Below are positions 1 through 13,345 of a stretch of 64,000 bases of DNA, piece after piece. The stretch covers positions 103,912,001-103,976,000 of the forward strand of contig OX597822.1 in NCBI GenBank assembly GCA_951406725.2. Direction: 5' to 3'. The first letter of the stretch is position 1, and the number at the start of each line of letters is the position of its first letter. Position numbers and translations under genes: made by a program. The notes beneath the pieces are model-generated. The model saw only the letters and a list, made by a program, of their open reading frames with translations, was not told where the DNA came from and made no database searches. Source of the DNA: Octopus vulgaris (taxonomy: Eukaryota).

Positions 1-93
1 AAATATGTATGTATTTATAGTTATATATATGTGTGTGTATGTCTATATGTAAATATATGTATTTACACATATATGTGTGTGTGTGCGTCTGTC

Positions 94-165
<72 letters not shown>

Positions 166-1203
166 TATCCATATATATGTATATATATGCATATTCACAC
201 ACACATATATATCCATATATATATATATTTTAAAATCTTTTAGAAGACCACCAGTTTCTTAATTTGAGATCTAACCGAGCTGTAATTATTTTATAATGGA
301 TAAATCTTAGGTATTTTAACAAGCATTTACATCCATTGTATCTACCACAAAAGTAAGTTTTAGTGTAGGTTGCTTAGATACATTAGACTAATGTATTGTA
401 GGTCTTACTCTATCAAAACTTCTGGTATAAGTCAACTGCAGTCGTAACCAAACAATGGAAACTAAATCAATTCTGATTTGGTTCTATATTAAAACACATT
501 TAAGTAAATAAAGAATGACAAGGAGAAAAAGGAAGGCAAAATTGTGGAACAATGCATATTAATTATATACATTAACAGTAAATTGTCGAGGACAATAGAA
601 GATAATCGTTTCAATCCGAGGTATAAGGTTACATATTTAGTGGAAAGAAATTAATTCTTCGATTTTGAATTTGTTTTACAATAATTTTTGTCTTGAATGG
701 TACGTTGAAACCGATATTGTTATATATAAGAATTGTGTGTTTGTGTGTGTTTGCGCGTGTAAATGAGTGCAAATCGTGAAAAGAGATGATATTTCTGTAT
801 GCGAAGATGCAGCTAATGTTGAGATTATAATAATCTGACAATAACAACCATTTATGACTGCTTTGTGCTATTGACTGGGGGTGGAAACAGAGTATGTCTT
901 CTTTAAGGAGTGGTCAACAAACAACGAGTCCTTGTATCAGGAGACTCCTTTCATCTTTTTTTCTATACATCAGTAGCATAGAAAAAATGTTTGCGTTTTT
1001 AGTTTACCCATAGTAGGAATTGCAACGTATAAATTTATAATAGTACTTTTGATAATTTCAGAAAAAAAAATCTCATCTTTTGCTAATGAGAAACATTAAG
1101 ACGACTAGCGCTCAAGTATAGCTAAGATAGACAAAAGTCATGATTTATATCACTAATCTTATTCATAAACTCAAAATAATTGGGAAAAGGATATTATAAT
1201 CTT

Positions 1204-2026
1204 TTGCTAATGAGAATGATTAATATGGCTAGAGCTATAGTACAACTGAAGTACGCAATATGATAATTGGTTATTATTCACCTGCACACAGCAACAGTAA
1301 TTATCAGGCGGCTATATCAGCAAAGAAGGTTAATCACATAGTAATTAACAAATTACTTGCTCACACCATATTGCTGCAACCGCTTAAAACTAAATTATAA
1401 TGCCTACACTAAACTAATGCTTTAGGGAGAGTTTATAAATAAAATAAATGCGTCCTTTTAAAGCCTAACTAGGCTCATGGGCCTGATTTCCCGGTTTCTA
1501 TGGCGTATGTGTTCCCTAGCCGGATGGGACGCCAGTCCATCGCAGCGTTACTCATTTTTGCCAGCTGAGTGGACTGGAGCAACGTGCTTTGTTCAAGAAC
1601 ACAACGCCTTGCCCGGTCCAGGAATCGAAACCACAATCTTACGATTATGATGATGACACTCTAACCACTAAGCCACGCGCCTCCACAAGGGAGAGTTTAA
1701 GGCATCAAAATTAAAAGGTAAATGAAAAGCGCTATTGATAATTCTCATCAAAGACAGGGTACTGAGGCCTATTGAAAGGTGGAAAGCGTTGGAGAATGAA
1801 TCTAATCTTTGGCGAATTTAATACAGTGAGGACGGTTAAGCTACGGACATATATCGTTCATAGTGAAATTTTCGTGGTTGTGTGGTAAGTGACTTGCTTA
1901 CCAACCACATGGTTCCGGGTTCAGTCCCACTGCGTGGTACCTTGGGCAAGTGTCTTCTACTATAGCCTCGGGCCGACTAAAGCCCTGTGAGTGGATTTGG
2001 TTGACGGAAACTGAAAGAAGCCCGTC

Positions 2027-2092
<66 letters not shown>

Positions 2093-2167
2093 TTGTGTAT
2101 TTGTGTTCGTCCCCACCAACATCACTTGACAATCGATCTTGGTGTGTTTACATCCCCGTAACATAGC
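1204..2167. repeat. Left arm of a ~960-bp inverted duplication (partner 5464-6420)
   Basis: ttgctaatgagaatg...catccccgtaacatagc is the near-exact reverse complement of 5464-6420, including non-TE sequence. Confidence 0.92.
1437..1686 (-). mobile_element. tRNA-derived SINE, family D
   Basis: Minus strand reads GTGGAGGCGCGTGGCTTAGTGGTTAG (A box) ... GGTTTCGATTCC (B box) and ends in an ATTT-type tail. Confidence 0.75.
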
Positions 2168-2308
2168 GATTCGGCAAAAGAGACCGATAGAATAAGTACT
2201 AGGCTTACAAAGAATAGGTCCTTGGGTCGATTTGCTCGACTAAAAAGACAGTGCTCCAGCATGATCACAGTCACATGACTGAAACAAGTAAAAGAGTAAA
2301 AGAGAGTA
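1875..2308 (+). mobile_element. SINE family B with internal (TA)n(TG)n
   Basis: Head GTGGTTGTGTGGTAAG...GGTTCAGTCCC and tail AAGTAAAAGAG repeats. Homologous to 4503-4905 and many degenerate copies. Confidence 0.8.
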
Positions 2309-2592
2309 AATCAAATTCTTTCGTTAAAATCCGCGAAACAGAAGGCAGACATTAGATGATGTAGCACTAAAAATCTAGGATGCCCCGGATAATGTGGAGA
2401 TAGATGCTTATAATTACACAGTATTGTCACGGCTGGAAGATCTCTGATCATAAGAATGCTCGATTGGACAACAACAATAACAAACACACCTAGAAGTACA
2501 TGCTGTCAGCTTTTGAAATGTGTTCGAGAAAGGGTTTGAAATTTTGCTTCTAGATCTCTGCTTCTTGAACACCTACGCATTTAAACATACAT

Positions 2593-2983
2593 GTGGAGGC
2601 GCAATGGCCCAGTGGTTAGGGCAGCAGACTCGCGGTCATAGGATCGCGGTTTCGATTCCCAGACCGGGCGTTGTGAGTGTTTATTGAGCGAAAACACCTA
2701 AAGCTCCACGAGGCTCCGGCAGGGGATGGTGGTGATCCCTGCTGTACTCTTTCACCACAACTTTCTCTCACTCTTACTTCCTGTTTCTGTTGTACCTGTA
2801 TTTCAAAGGGCCGGCCTTGTCACTCTCTGTGTCACGCTGAATATCCCCGAGAACTACGTTAAGGGTACACGTGTCTGTAGAGTGCTCAGCCACTTACACG
2901 TTAATTTCACGAGCAGGCTGTTCCGTTGATCGGATCAACCGGAACCCTCGTCGTCGTAACCGACGGAGTGCTTCCATCCATCC
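2593..2983 (+). mobile_element. tRNA-derived SINE, family A
   Basis: A box TGGCCCAGTGG and B box GTTTCGATTCC. TSD aaacatacat on both sides. Confidence 0.9.
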
Positions 2984-3004
2984 AAACATACATATATAAT
3001 AAAA

Positions 3005-3745
3005 CAACCACCCAAATATTGTGTCTGACTAGGAGACAAAAAACATGCTTCGTTGTGGAAATCAACTGGCCTTTGGACACTATTATGGTCAGAAAAGTAC
3101 ATGAAAAAGAGAAAGTCTTTGGAAGAGAGTTTGCAAATCCAGTATCGAAGATACCCTTTATTTTGATTCTTATAATTACTGGAACTACAGTATGGGTACC
3201 AACCTACCTGGGTTGGCTGGAAGCACTCCGTCGGTTACGACGACGAGGGTTCCGGTTGATCCGAATCAACGGAACAGCCTGCTCGTGAAATTAACGTGTA
3301 AGTGGCTGAGCACTCCACAGACACGTAAACCCTTAACGTAGTTCTCGGGGATATTCAGCGTGACACAGAGAGTGACAAGGCCGGCCCTTTGAAATACAGG
3401 TACAACAGAAACAGGAAGTAAGAGTGAGAGAAAGTTGTGGTGAAAGAGTACAGCAGGGATCACCACCATCCCCTGCCGGAGCCTCGTGGAGCTTTAGGTG
3501 TTTTCGCTCAATAAACACTCACAACGCCCGGTCTGGGAATCGAAACGGCGATCCTATGACCGCGAGTCCGCTGCCCTAACCACTGGGCCATTGCGCCTCC
3601 ACTATCCAACCTACCATTCAGCTTGAAGTTAAGAAAGGCTGAAATTAGGTTCTTAGGGAGGGATTGCAGCTCCTTAACAGATACTCTAGAAATTATCATG
3701 ATACCTGGGGCAATAGAAGCCTGCAACATTTAAAGGGTACTGAAC
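3005..3745 (+). pseudogene. Highly decayed RLE-type (R4/Dong-like) LINE 3' fragment, split by a SINE
   Basis: KTCFVVEINWPLDT...KVHEKEK resembles the segment downstream of the RLE PD motif seen in the copy at 9138-9731. Confidence 0.35.
3219..3602 (-). mobile_element. SINE family A
   Basis: Near-identical reverse complement of 2593-2983; ccaacctacc repeated on both flanks. Confidence 0.9.
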
Positions 3746-3854
3746 AAAACAAGATGGTTTACTTCATACCTTTATAAACTTGCGACTAAGTTGGTAGCAG
3801 ATTGAAATTAACACTAAACTAAAAAGAGAAAAAGAAAGTCGACGGCACATTCAG

Positions 3855-3855
<1 letters not shown>

Positions 3856-3917
<62 letters not shown>

Positions 3918-4162
3918 TACACACACACACACACAAACATACACACACACACACACCAATTTGATATTTTGTAGAAAAGGCACAAAGACAGAGAAAGGAT
4001 GAGTTTATTGGGACGAGTTTGGAGTTAGTGAGAGACTTCATGTTGCACATATGAATTACCTTACTTTTGTGTGTATGTGTGTGTGAGAGAGAGAGAGGGG
4101 GGAGAGAAAGAGAGAGAGAGAAAGAGAGAGAGAGGGAAAGAGAGAGAAAGAAAGAGAGAGAA

Positions 4163-4193
<31 letters not shown>

Positions 4194-4230
4194 AAGAGGG
4201 AGAGAGAGAGAAAGAGAGAGAGAGAAAGAG

Positions 4231-4261
<31 letters not shown>

Positions 4262-4268
4262 GAGAGAG
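3856..4268. repeat. (CA)n and (GA)n microsatellites
   Basis: Direct inspection. Confidence 0.9.
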
Positions 4269-4502
4269 CAGTACAAAATTGCTGGTCTTGACTGTGTTTT
4301 GTAAAACGTTGTTAGGAAAGTATTTTTCTGGCACTAAAGAAAAAGATCGGTTTTTGAGATGCTGTTGTTGTTACGCTGAAGATATTCTTTCAAGGGAGAT
4401 CTTTAGTGATGGCAAGGGTTAGCATGACATATGAAGGGTACATATGAGTTTTTAAAAATTCTGCTGATAATGCTATAATCTTCTAAAAAAAATAAACAAT
4501 TA

Positions 4503-4905
4503 GGCGCAGGAGTGGCTGTGTGGTAAGTAGCTTGCTAACCAACCACATGGTTGCGGGTTCAGTCCCACTGCGTGGCATCTTGGGCAAGTGTCTTCTGCTA
4601 TAGCCCCGGGCCGACCAATGCCTTGTGAGTGGATTTGGTAGATGGAAACTGAAAGAAGCCTGTCGTATATATGTATATATATGTGTGTGTGTGTGTGTGT
4701 GTTTGTGTGTCTGTGTTTGTCCCCCTAGTATTGCTTGACAACCGATGCTGGTGTGTTTACGTCCCCGTCACTTAGCGGTTCGGCAAAAGAGACCGATAGA
4801 ATAAGTACTGGGCTTACAAAGAATAAGTCCCGGGGTCGATTTGCTCGACTAAAGGCGGTGCTCCAGCATGGCCGCAGTCAAATGACTGAAACAAGTAAAA
4901 GAGTA
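4503..4905 (+). mobile_element. SINE family B, full length
   Basis: GGCGCAGGAGTGGCTGTGTGGTAAG head, internal microsatellite, AAGTAAAAGAGTAA tail. Confidence 0.85.
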
Positions 4906-5041
4906 ATTAAAAATACATATGATGTACAAATAATTAAAAAATATCACTTCAATTATTTCAATGCGGTGCATGATGTATTAATTGATATTTCTAATATAAT
5001 TAATTTATAAACTAATCAAATTTTTTTTTATCGTTTTGCAG

Positions 5042-5202
5042 GTAATTCTTTGGTCCTTTACATCATTGTGAAAAATGCACGAATGAGAACACGTACAAAT
5101 TTCTTCCTGGCAAATCTTGCAGTGGCAGATTTTTGCGTTGGGGTCTTTTGCATCTTCCCAAATTTGTCGACATATTTTTCACCTGTTTGGCATCTTGGAA
5201 AA
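5042..5202 (+). CDS. Internal coding exon of a trissin-receptor-like class A GPCR (end of TM1, ICL1, TM2, ECL1)
   Basis: Acceptor ttttgcag at 5041, donor gtttgt at 5203. Encodes (G)NSLVLYIIVKNARMRTRTNFFLANLAVADFCVGVFCIFPNLSTYFSPVWHLGK, with the TM1 GN and TM2 NLAxAD motifs. Phase-0 end matches the next exon. Confidence 0.9.
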
Positions 5203-5463
5203 GTTTGTATTCAATCCGTATTTTTTTCCATTAGTTAACGCAAAACACCATCATTCCAATAACATGAACATCCATTTAAAAAAAAGTTCAGGTGGACTTG
5301 AATGTGAACATGACCTTTTGCTGACCCTTGCACTCAATGACCATTGCAGACAATGACAACATAAAGTGGGGTAGTGTCAGCGAGAACTGGGGTAATTTAT
5401 AAATCTTACGGTAGACTACTGTAATGTTTACAGCAACTGCTAACGGTGATAGGGGTGTAAAAG

Positions 5464-5532
5464 GCTATGTTACGGGGATGTAAACACACCAAGATCTATT
5501 GTCAAGTGATGGTGGGGACGAACACAAATACA

Positions 5533-5577
<45 letters not shown>

Positions 5578-6420
5578 ATATATATATATATATATACGAC
5601 GGGCTTCTTTCAGTTTCCGTCAACCAAATCCACTCACAGGGCTTTAGTCGGCCCGAGGCTATAGTAGAAGACACTTGCCCAAGGTACCACGCAGTGGGAC
5701 TGAACCCGGAACCATGTGGTTGTTAAGCAAGTCACTTACCACACAACCACGAAAATTTCACTATGAACGATATATGTCCGTAGTTTAACCGTCCTCACTG
5801 TATTAAATTCGCCAAAGATTAGATTCATTCTCCAACGCTTTCCACCTTTCAATAGGCCTCTGTACCCTGTCTTTGATGAGAATTATCAATAGCGCTCTTC
5901 ATTTACCTTTTAATTTTGATGCCTTAAACTCTCCCTTGTGGAGGCGCGTGTCTTAGTGGTTAGGGTGTCATCATCATAATCGTAAGATTGTGGTTTCGAT
6001 TCCTGGACCGGGCAAGGCGTTGTGTTCTTGAACAAAACACGTTGCTCCAGTCCACTCAGCTGGCAAAAATAAATAACGCTGCGATGGACTGGCGTCCCAT
6101 CCGGCTAGGGAACACATACGCCATATAAACCGGGAAACTGGGCCCATGAGCCTGGCTAGGCTTTAAAAGGACGCATTTATTTTATTTATAAACTCTCCCT
6201 AAAGCATTAGTTTAGTGTAGGCATTATAATTTAGTTTTAAGCTGTTGCAGCAATATGGTGTGAGCAAGTAATTTGTTAATTACTATGTGATTAACCTTCT
6301 TTGCTGATATAACCGCCTGATAATTACTGTTGCTGTGTGCAGGTGAATAATAACCATTTATCATATTGCGTACTTCCGTTGTACTATAGCTCTAGCCATA
6401 TTAATCATTCTCATTAGCAA
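5464..6420. repeat. Right arm of the ~960-bp inverted duplication; includes a minus-strand SINE-B part (5464-5751) and a plus-strand SINE-D (5938-6188)
   Basis: Reverse complement of 1204-2167 with only scattered substitutions. Confidence 0.92.
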
Positions 6421-6468
6421 CCAAGCTTCCATCTGTCCAAGAGAATTCTTGATGAATAGTGGACCTGG

Positions 6469-6469
<1 letters not shown>

Positions 6470-6528
<59 letters not shown>

Positions 6529-6935
6529 GGAAATTATTGTATACAGTGCTCAGGTGCACCACAACTTGTCAAAAATGCGTATAAAGCATATGCAGTAAGG
6601 TACAAATGTCTGCAAAGTGACCAGTGTATGAATCAGATACATGCTTGCATGTGTATGGAGGGGAGAAAATCAGGTGTAGTGTTGGCGAATCTCAGGAAGC
6701 ATGGAAGTTTTGAAGGATGCAGTGCTTCGACAACTAACAACTGATGCCGGCAGTCTGTTCCATGCTTCAGCAACTCTTAGCATGAAAAAATGTTTCCGAA
6801 AGTCATGGGAGCTGTGCTGTTTTCTGACTTTGTAAACATGTCCACGGGTGTTAGACAGGTGGAGTTTGAAAAGGTGCTCAGAGTTATTGTTTGTAAGATG
6901 ATTAATAATTTTATGGGTGTCTGCGAGGCAATCCA
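6470..6935 (-). mobile_element. CR1-like LINE 3' end with (TTA)n tail
   Basis: TRGHVYKV...RKHFFMLRVAEAWNRLPASVV is the typical CR1-group ORF2 C-terminus. Confidence 0.8.
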
Positions 6936-7439
6936 TTCATTTCTTAGAAATAAATATTTTAAATCAGGTAAAATGCCAATATATTAAACGTAAGTAAGTA
7001 TACCCTTGTTCGGATAAACGTAGGACATTATATTATCAGTTTGACTGATAATAAATTGATGCGCAAAATTATCTTGTGTTTGATTCAAGTAATCTTTTCG
7101 GTTGTTTTATTACACTGTGTAATAAGGTTTCGTGACGGAGTGGTAACTGTCATTTTCTGCTTGTTACCCCAAGAAAGTATGAAAAATGGCTAATATTTCC
7201 TTCAAACTTTGCTTTTGTTACATTTATCCAAACCCCAAAGAATCCCTCTCAGCGCATGACTATGCTCCCCCACTACTCCTGCTCATGATCTAAGATGCAC
7301 ATATTCTTTTCTACTCTAGGCACAAGGCTCGAAATTTTGTGGAAGGGGACCAGCCGATTAGAGTGACCCCAGTACGCAACTGGTACTTAATTTATCGACC
7401 CCGAAAGGATGAAAGGCAAATTCGGCAACACGCAAACCT

Positions 7440-8727
7440 CTGATCCGTAGATGAAATGCCGCCTGTCTCTCCTCTTTCTAGCGTTACTCAATAACCCTTG
7501 CGTCCAAAACCTCTTACTTGATGATTCTTTCCCTGCGCATAATATTTATGTTTCAATCGTCAACTTCTAGCAATTTAAAGTTCTTGTATAGAGGAAGCTA
7601 GCGTTGTGGAAGATCGATATTTTTATGTTAGCAAAAGAATTCAAATGAGACCTATATCGAAGTTTAAAGTCTACAGTGCTTCCTATATAAACTCTTACCC
7701 TATTTGTAGCAGGGATTTCCATAGAACACCTATATACTACGTTATTACGTAAACAGTTTTCGGCTAGAGGACACGACTCCTTAATTCGACAATTACATGT
7801 CCCCCACCCCTCCCGCATCGGTATTAATTTTCCGATTACTAGAGGTTAAGTTACCCCCGACTATCCGGGGTCACCCTGGCGTAATATTTACGTTAGAGCC
7901 AGTGTCAGTTTTGGAGTTATAGAGTTCATTATAAAGATTTGTGTGGGTAGATTTCTTAAGGCTGAGTTTAGATCTGTTGATGGAAGCTATGATCGAACCT
8001 AAATTCTGAGTAGTTGAGTATGACAATTTTACAGAGAATTTATTAAAAATAGGATGATATTTATGATTTTTAGGAAGGTTTTCCTTCAATATCTTAAAAA
8101 ATAATTTGGGTAAAAATTTGACCCGAAGAGAGGAGGGCGGGGCGAACCATATAATTTTCTAGATTTTGAGAAATTGGTCTGATTAGATTGGTTGGGGATG
8201 TAGGGCTTATATTTACTAATTCCTAAATGCCACGTTATTAATTCGGGCCTCGTTCATTCAGTGTTTTTTTGATATGTTTAATTGGTTTATCTAAACTGGG
8301 GTTCGTATTACTAGATTGTAAACCAGTTCAAGATATTTGAAATTTTGGTCTTTAGAATTGTATCAAGGATGTAAAATATTCCTTTTTAAAAATACTTAAC
8401 TTTAGGGCTTGGTTATATTACAGTGCGTGGGTGCTGAATATCTCCTCGTTCGCCGATCAGTTTCAGATTCCAGTTGAGATAGTAGTTAAAATACGATAGT
8501 GGGTTGATCTAGGGTGATTTGAAAGAACGTTTAGGTCCTGAAAGGTTAGTTTTGGTTTGATTTTCTATATGGATGGCGAATATTAGTTTTAAGATTAAGA
8601 GTGATGTCTAAAACAATTATGTATCGTATGATTTATTTCAAACACTATATTTAAATTATTATTTTTAAATAATTTTATTAAATCTTTCTTTGCACGTTCA
8701 ATCTCCGGACGGGATAAATTTTTAGTT
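7440..8727 (-). mobile_element. Penelope-like element relic (Neptune-type): RT thumb, Cys linker, GIY-YIG endonuclease
   Basis: CNCRIKESCPLAENC linker followed by NVVY...VYIGST..FKLRY..H. KYHPIFNKFSVKLSYS segment upstream. Frameshifted. Confidence 0.8.
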
Positions 8728-8866
8728 ATATGTATAGATATGCACACACACACACACACACATACACACATATATATATAAATGTATATATATATATATA
8801 TATATACATGTATATATATATATATATAAATGTATATATTTACATATATATATACATATATATGTA

Positions 8867-8917
<51 letters not shown>

Positions 8918-8921
<4 letters not shown>

Positions 8922-9040
8922 AGAATTCACAAAAAACAAAAGACAGGTGGTGTAGGCAACAAACAGATGTATTAGTTTAACGCTTGGGAAGTGAAATAGT
9001 CTTTAACGTTTCAAGCCTACGCAGAAAGGAATATAGAAAG
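8918..9040 (-). mobile_element. Short TA-anchored element with a deleted hammerhead remnant
   Basis: Minus strand ...gcgtaggcttGAAACGTTaaag then ends at (TA)n. The CUGANGA core is missing. Confidence 0.4.
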
Positions 9041-9044
9041 AAAC

Positions 9045-9787
9045 AGTTTTATTTTTATAGCGTGCTTTCACTTCATTACCGAGCCCAGCTGTGTGTGTCT
9101 TGGGTATGTGCTGTGATTTGTTGTGATGCTCTGATGGTTATTGTATGGAAAGTGTTCTGCGTAGCATGTGTGCAGTGCCTAGTAGTGCAATTTTCTGTAT
9201 GTTATATGTGTTTGTAAGTCCTGGTGTTTTTGTTATGTATTTGTCTGAATATTTTTTTATCATGCCTAATGCACCTACTATGATAGGAATTGTTTCTGTT
9301 TTCAGGTTCCACATTCTAGTTATCTCTATTTCCAGGTCTTTGTATTTTGAGAGTTTCTCCATTTCTTTTAGAGACACGTTGTCAACTGCCGGTATTGATA
9401 CATCAATTAGAAAGCATTTTTTTTCTTCATGATCTCTGACAACTATATCTGGTCTGTTGGCCTTAATTTCTCTATCTGTGTGTAACGGCATATCCCAGAG
9501 TATGGTTGCTTTCTCGTTTTCTGTGACCTTTTCTGGTGTGTGCCTATACCATCTTTTTTCTGTTGTTATTCCATAATGTTGGCATAGCTTCCAATGTATG
9601 TAGGTTCCAACTCTGTCATGTCTGTGAATATATTCCTTCTTAGCCAGGACTGGGCAGCTAGAGATAATATGATTTATTGTTTCTTGTCCATCTCCACATA
9701 TTCTGCAGTTACTTGTAATATTTCTTTTCATTACATGTTTTTGGTAATTTCTGGTGGGGAGGCTTTGGTCTTGTGCTGCAATTAAAA
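9045..9787 (-). mobile_element. R4/Dong-like LINE, 5'-truncated copy 1 (CCHC finger plus restriction-like endonuclease)
   Basis: CRICGDGQETINHIISSC, RHD, NRPDIVV, LIDVSIP, KLSKYKDL motifs. Confidence 0.88.
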
Positions 9788-10134
<347 letters not shown>

Positions 10135-11150
10135 CAATAGTTTTATTTTTATAGCGTGCTTTCACTTCATTACCGAGCCCAGCTGTGTGTGTCTTGGGTA
10201 TGTGCTGTGATTTGTTGTGATGCTCTGATGGTTATTGTATGGAAAGTGTTCTGCGTAGGATGTGTGCAGTGCCTAGTAGTGCAATTTTCTGTATGTTATA
10301 TGTGTTTGTAAGTCCTGGTGTTTTTGTTATGTATTTGTCTGAATATTTTTTTATCATGCCTAATGCACCTACTATGATAGGGATTGTTTCTGTTTTTAGA
10401 TTCCACTTTCTGGTTACCTCTATTTCCAGGTCTTTGTATTTTGAGAGTTTCTCCATTTCTTTTAGAGACACGTTGTCATCTGCCTGTATTGATACATCAA
10501 TTAGAAAGCATTTTGTTTCTTCATGATCTCTGACAACATATCTGGTCTGTTGGCCTTAATTTCTCTATCTATGTGTATTGGCATATCCCAGAGTATAGTT
10601 GCTTTCTTGTTTTCTTTGACCTTTTCTGGTGTGTGCCTATACCATCTTTTTTCTGCTGTTATTCCATAATGTTGGCATAGCTTCCAGTGTATGTAGGTTC
10701 CAACTCTGTCATGTCTGTGAATATATTCCTTCTTAGCCAGGACTGGGCAGCCAGAGATAATATGATTTATTGTTTCTTGTCCATCTCCACATATTCTGCA
10801 GTTACTTGTTATATTTCTTTTCATTACATGTTTTTGGTAATTTCTGGTGGGGAGGCTTTGGTCTTGTGCTGTAATTAAAAATCCCTCTGTCTCTGCTTTG
10901 AGTCCTGAGCTTCTCAACCATTGCTGGGATTTTTCTTTGTCTATTTCTTTTGCATTTAGTTTAGTCCATTATTTACCACGAAGGGGCTTTTCTTGCCATC
11001 GTTTTATCATGGTTCTTTGCAGTTCTAGTTTTAGTTTGGATTTCATTTGTTTTATATCTTTTGTTGTTTCTTCATCTTCATCTAACATATTTGTTAGGTG
11101 GTATGATTTCTTGTTTGTATTTGTCAGCTTCCTTAAATACTGAGAACAGT
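10135..11150 (-). mobile_element. R4/Dong-like LINE, 5'-truncated copy 2
   Basis: Same motifs as copy 1, longer at the 5' side, frameshifted near 10530. Bounded by (TAA)n on both sides. Confidence 0.88.
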
Positions 11151-11884
11151 TTATTATTATTATTATTATTATTAAAATAAAGGAAACATCATGAATAATG
11201 CTGGAATGATAAATAAATACAATTCTCCACAGTTATAATTTAATATTAGTTTAAACATGGAAAGGAGAAAGAAATCAATTATGCAGATTTTTTTTTCAAG
11301 AAATCAGTACAAAAATGGGAAAGATCTCATTTGATTCCTATGTGGCGCCGTTTATAAACTACCTAAAAAGAAATTGAATTAGCACGTGGATTTCAGATCA
11401 AAGAAGCTTTCACTTTCTCCCTAAATATTTTAGAGGTTACTCGACGAAGATTCTCAAAGGGATGCGTAAAATGGTTTAACGACAACGAAGATTGAACCCA
11501 ATTACGTATATTAAGTTTTATCATATTTTCATTTGTGCACAAATCCCCGTACATATTAACCTACATACATACATAATACATACAGGCACAGGCAGACAGG
11601 CTTATAAACAGTTTGATAGATAGATAAATAGATACAGGGAGTTGGGGAGGCGGGGTAGAGAGATATATTAAGTATTGTGTTTGTTTTTATGTCAAGATAT
11701 AATAGAAACAATTTTACATTAAACTCCATAGAGTAAATATTTATTACTCTTTAACAAGAACAGTATTGACAATGACTCCCATGTTTCTGCCAGCTTAGTC
11801 TTTATGTATGTATGTATGTATGTATGTATGTATGTATGTATGTATGTATGCTTGTATGAATGTAAGTACGTATGTATGTATATA

Positions 11885-12130
11885 GATATTGTTGTATTTC
11901 GGAATGGTCATTTTGCCAGTTTAGCCAATAAAAACACACGCACTATATATTTGGTGTTACTTTGCTTCAGTGTTATTTATTTTTTTACATTAATCTTAAT
12001 CTTATTTCGGCCAGAGTTCTTTCGTCATACCCCTGTGTTTTTATTGGCTAAACTGGCAAAATGACCATTCCTAAATACAACAATATGTTTCAACACACGA
12101 TTTCAGATCAAAAATCTTGCAAAACAAATA
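11885..12130. mobile_element. Fold-back fragment of the Penelope 3' end seen at 44205-44420
   Basis: 11885-11937 is inverted at about 12035-12087. A truncated hammerhead half (minus strand GAAAGAACTC) lies near 12013-12023. Confidence 0.65.
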
Positions 12131-12157
12131 TATATATATTTATTTATTTATTATTTG

Positions 12158-12458
12158 TGGGCCCCCTTTTCAAGCCTAGCCAAGCTCATGGTCCGGTTTC
12201 CCGGTTTCCATGGCGTATGTGTTCCCCCCAGCTGGACGGGACGCCAGTCCATCGCAGCGTTACTAAAAAAACAGGAAGAAAGAGTGAGAGAAAACTGGGG
12301 CGAAAGAGTACAACAGAGTTCGCCACCCCCCACTGCCGGAGCCTCGTAGAGCCTTAGGTGTTTTCGCTCAATAAACACGCACAACGCCCAGTCTGTGGAA
12401 TCGAAACCGCGATCCTCCGACCGGGAGTCCGCTGCCCTAACCATGGGCCATTGCGCCT
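12158..12458 (-). mobile_element. Chimeric SINE: family A head plus family D tail
   Basis: The 5' part matches 2593 onward to cttcctgtt; the 3' part matches the tail of 1437-1686. Confidence 0.75.
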
Positions 12459-12460
12459 AA

Positions 12461-12531
<71 letters not shown>

Positions 12532-12546
12532 TCTATACATACACAC

Positions 12547-12953
12547 CAGGCACATGCCGTCAGTAATTACTCGGGGTAGGCAGTTGGTGACGTTTATGTA
12601 TTAAAACACAAGAAATTAAGCGAAACATACGCCTGCGACTGAGTTGTAGGCAGATTTACTTCGGGCCTTTATAGCGCGTAAAGAAACCGTTGTTGTAGGG
12701 ATGTACGCAGCACGTGTACTACAGCAGTTCTATGCGTAGCTTCAATACTGAGATTGAAAAGCAGGGATGAATTATGCCTACTTAATCTACAAAAGAATAA
12801 AATAATTTGCACTTTATGCATAGTAATCAGAGTAGACTCCGTAATTTTATTGAATTAGGTGCATATTTTGCCATAAAAGGAAAATGTTACTATTGATCTA
12901 TTTTATTCAAGGTAGGCACTGTCTACGTCGCCTGCCTAAGCGGCACGTCCCTG
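12547..12953. mobile_element. Putative hAT-like MITE
   Basis: Imperfect TIRs CAGGCACATGCCG / CGGCACGTCCCTG, recurrent GTAGGCA motif, 8-bp flanks atacacac / atacataa (6/8). Confidence 0.5.
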
Positions 12954-13117
12954 ATACATAACATATGTGCCGGTTTCCCAACCATGTTCATTCTGCTCAG
13001 GCAACGCAAGCTCCGTCGACTTGGTGGCATCCACTGTATGGAGGATGTCCCAATATTAAAAAAAAAAACCCGTCTCTACAGAGAAATAACATCCAGTTGG
13101 AGAGACACAGGCGAGAT

Positions 13118-13345
13118 GCGGTGAGCCGGCAGAAACGTTAACACGCCGGGCGAAATGCTTAACGGTATTTCGTCTGTCGTTTCTTCTGAGTTCAAATTCC
13201 GCCGAGGTTAACTTTGCCATTTATCCTTTCGTGGTCGATAAATAAAGTACCAGTTTGGCACTGGGGTCGATGTAATCGACTTAATCCGTTTGTCTGTCCT
13301 TGTTTGTCCCCTCTATGTTTAGCCCCTTGTTGGCAATAAAGAAAT
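13118..13345 (+). mobile_element. SINE family C
   Basis: GAGCCGGCAGAAACGTTA head, GAGTTCAAATTCC B box, AATAAAGAAAT tail. Confidence 0.8.

Noticed and set aside
312-352. Possible small upstream exon (AG...GTAAGT) of the GPCR
   Set aside because: Does not encode a TM1-like segment or supply the required phase-1 G; cannot be supported without cDNA.
2595-2670. tRNA gene
   Set aside because: The A/B boxes are the head of a SINE with TSDs; no complete cloverleaf or terminator.
2677-2929. Recurrent identical ORFs MFIERKHLKL... and MVVIPAVLFHH...
   Set aside because: They recur only because they lie inside SINE-A copies; no ATG start or domain support.
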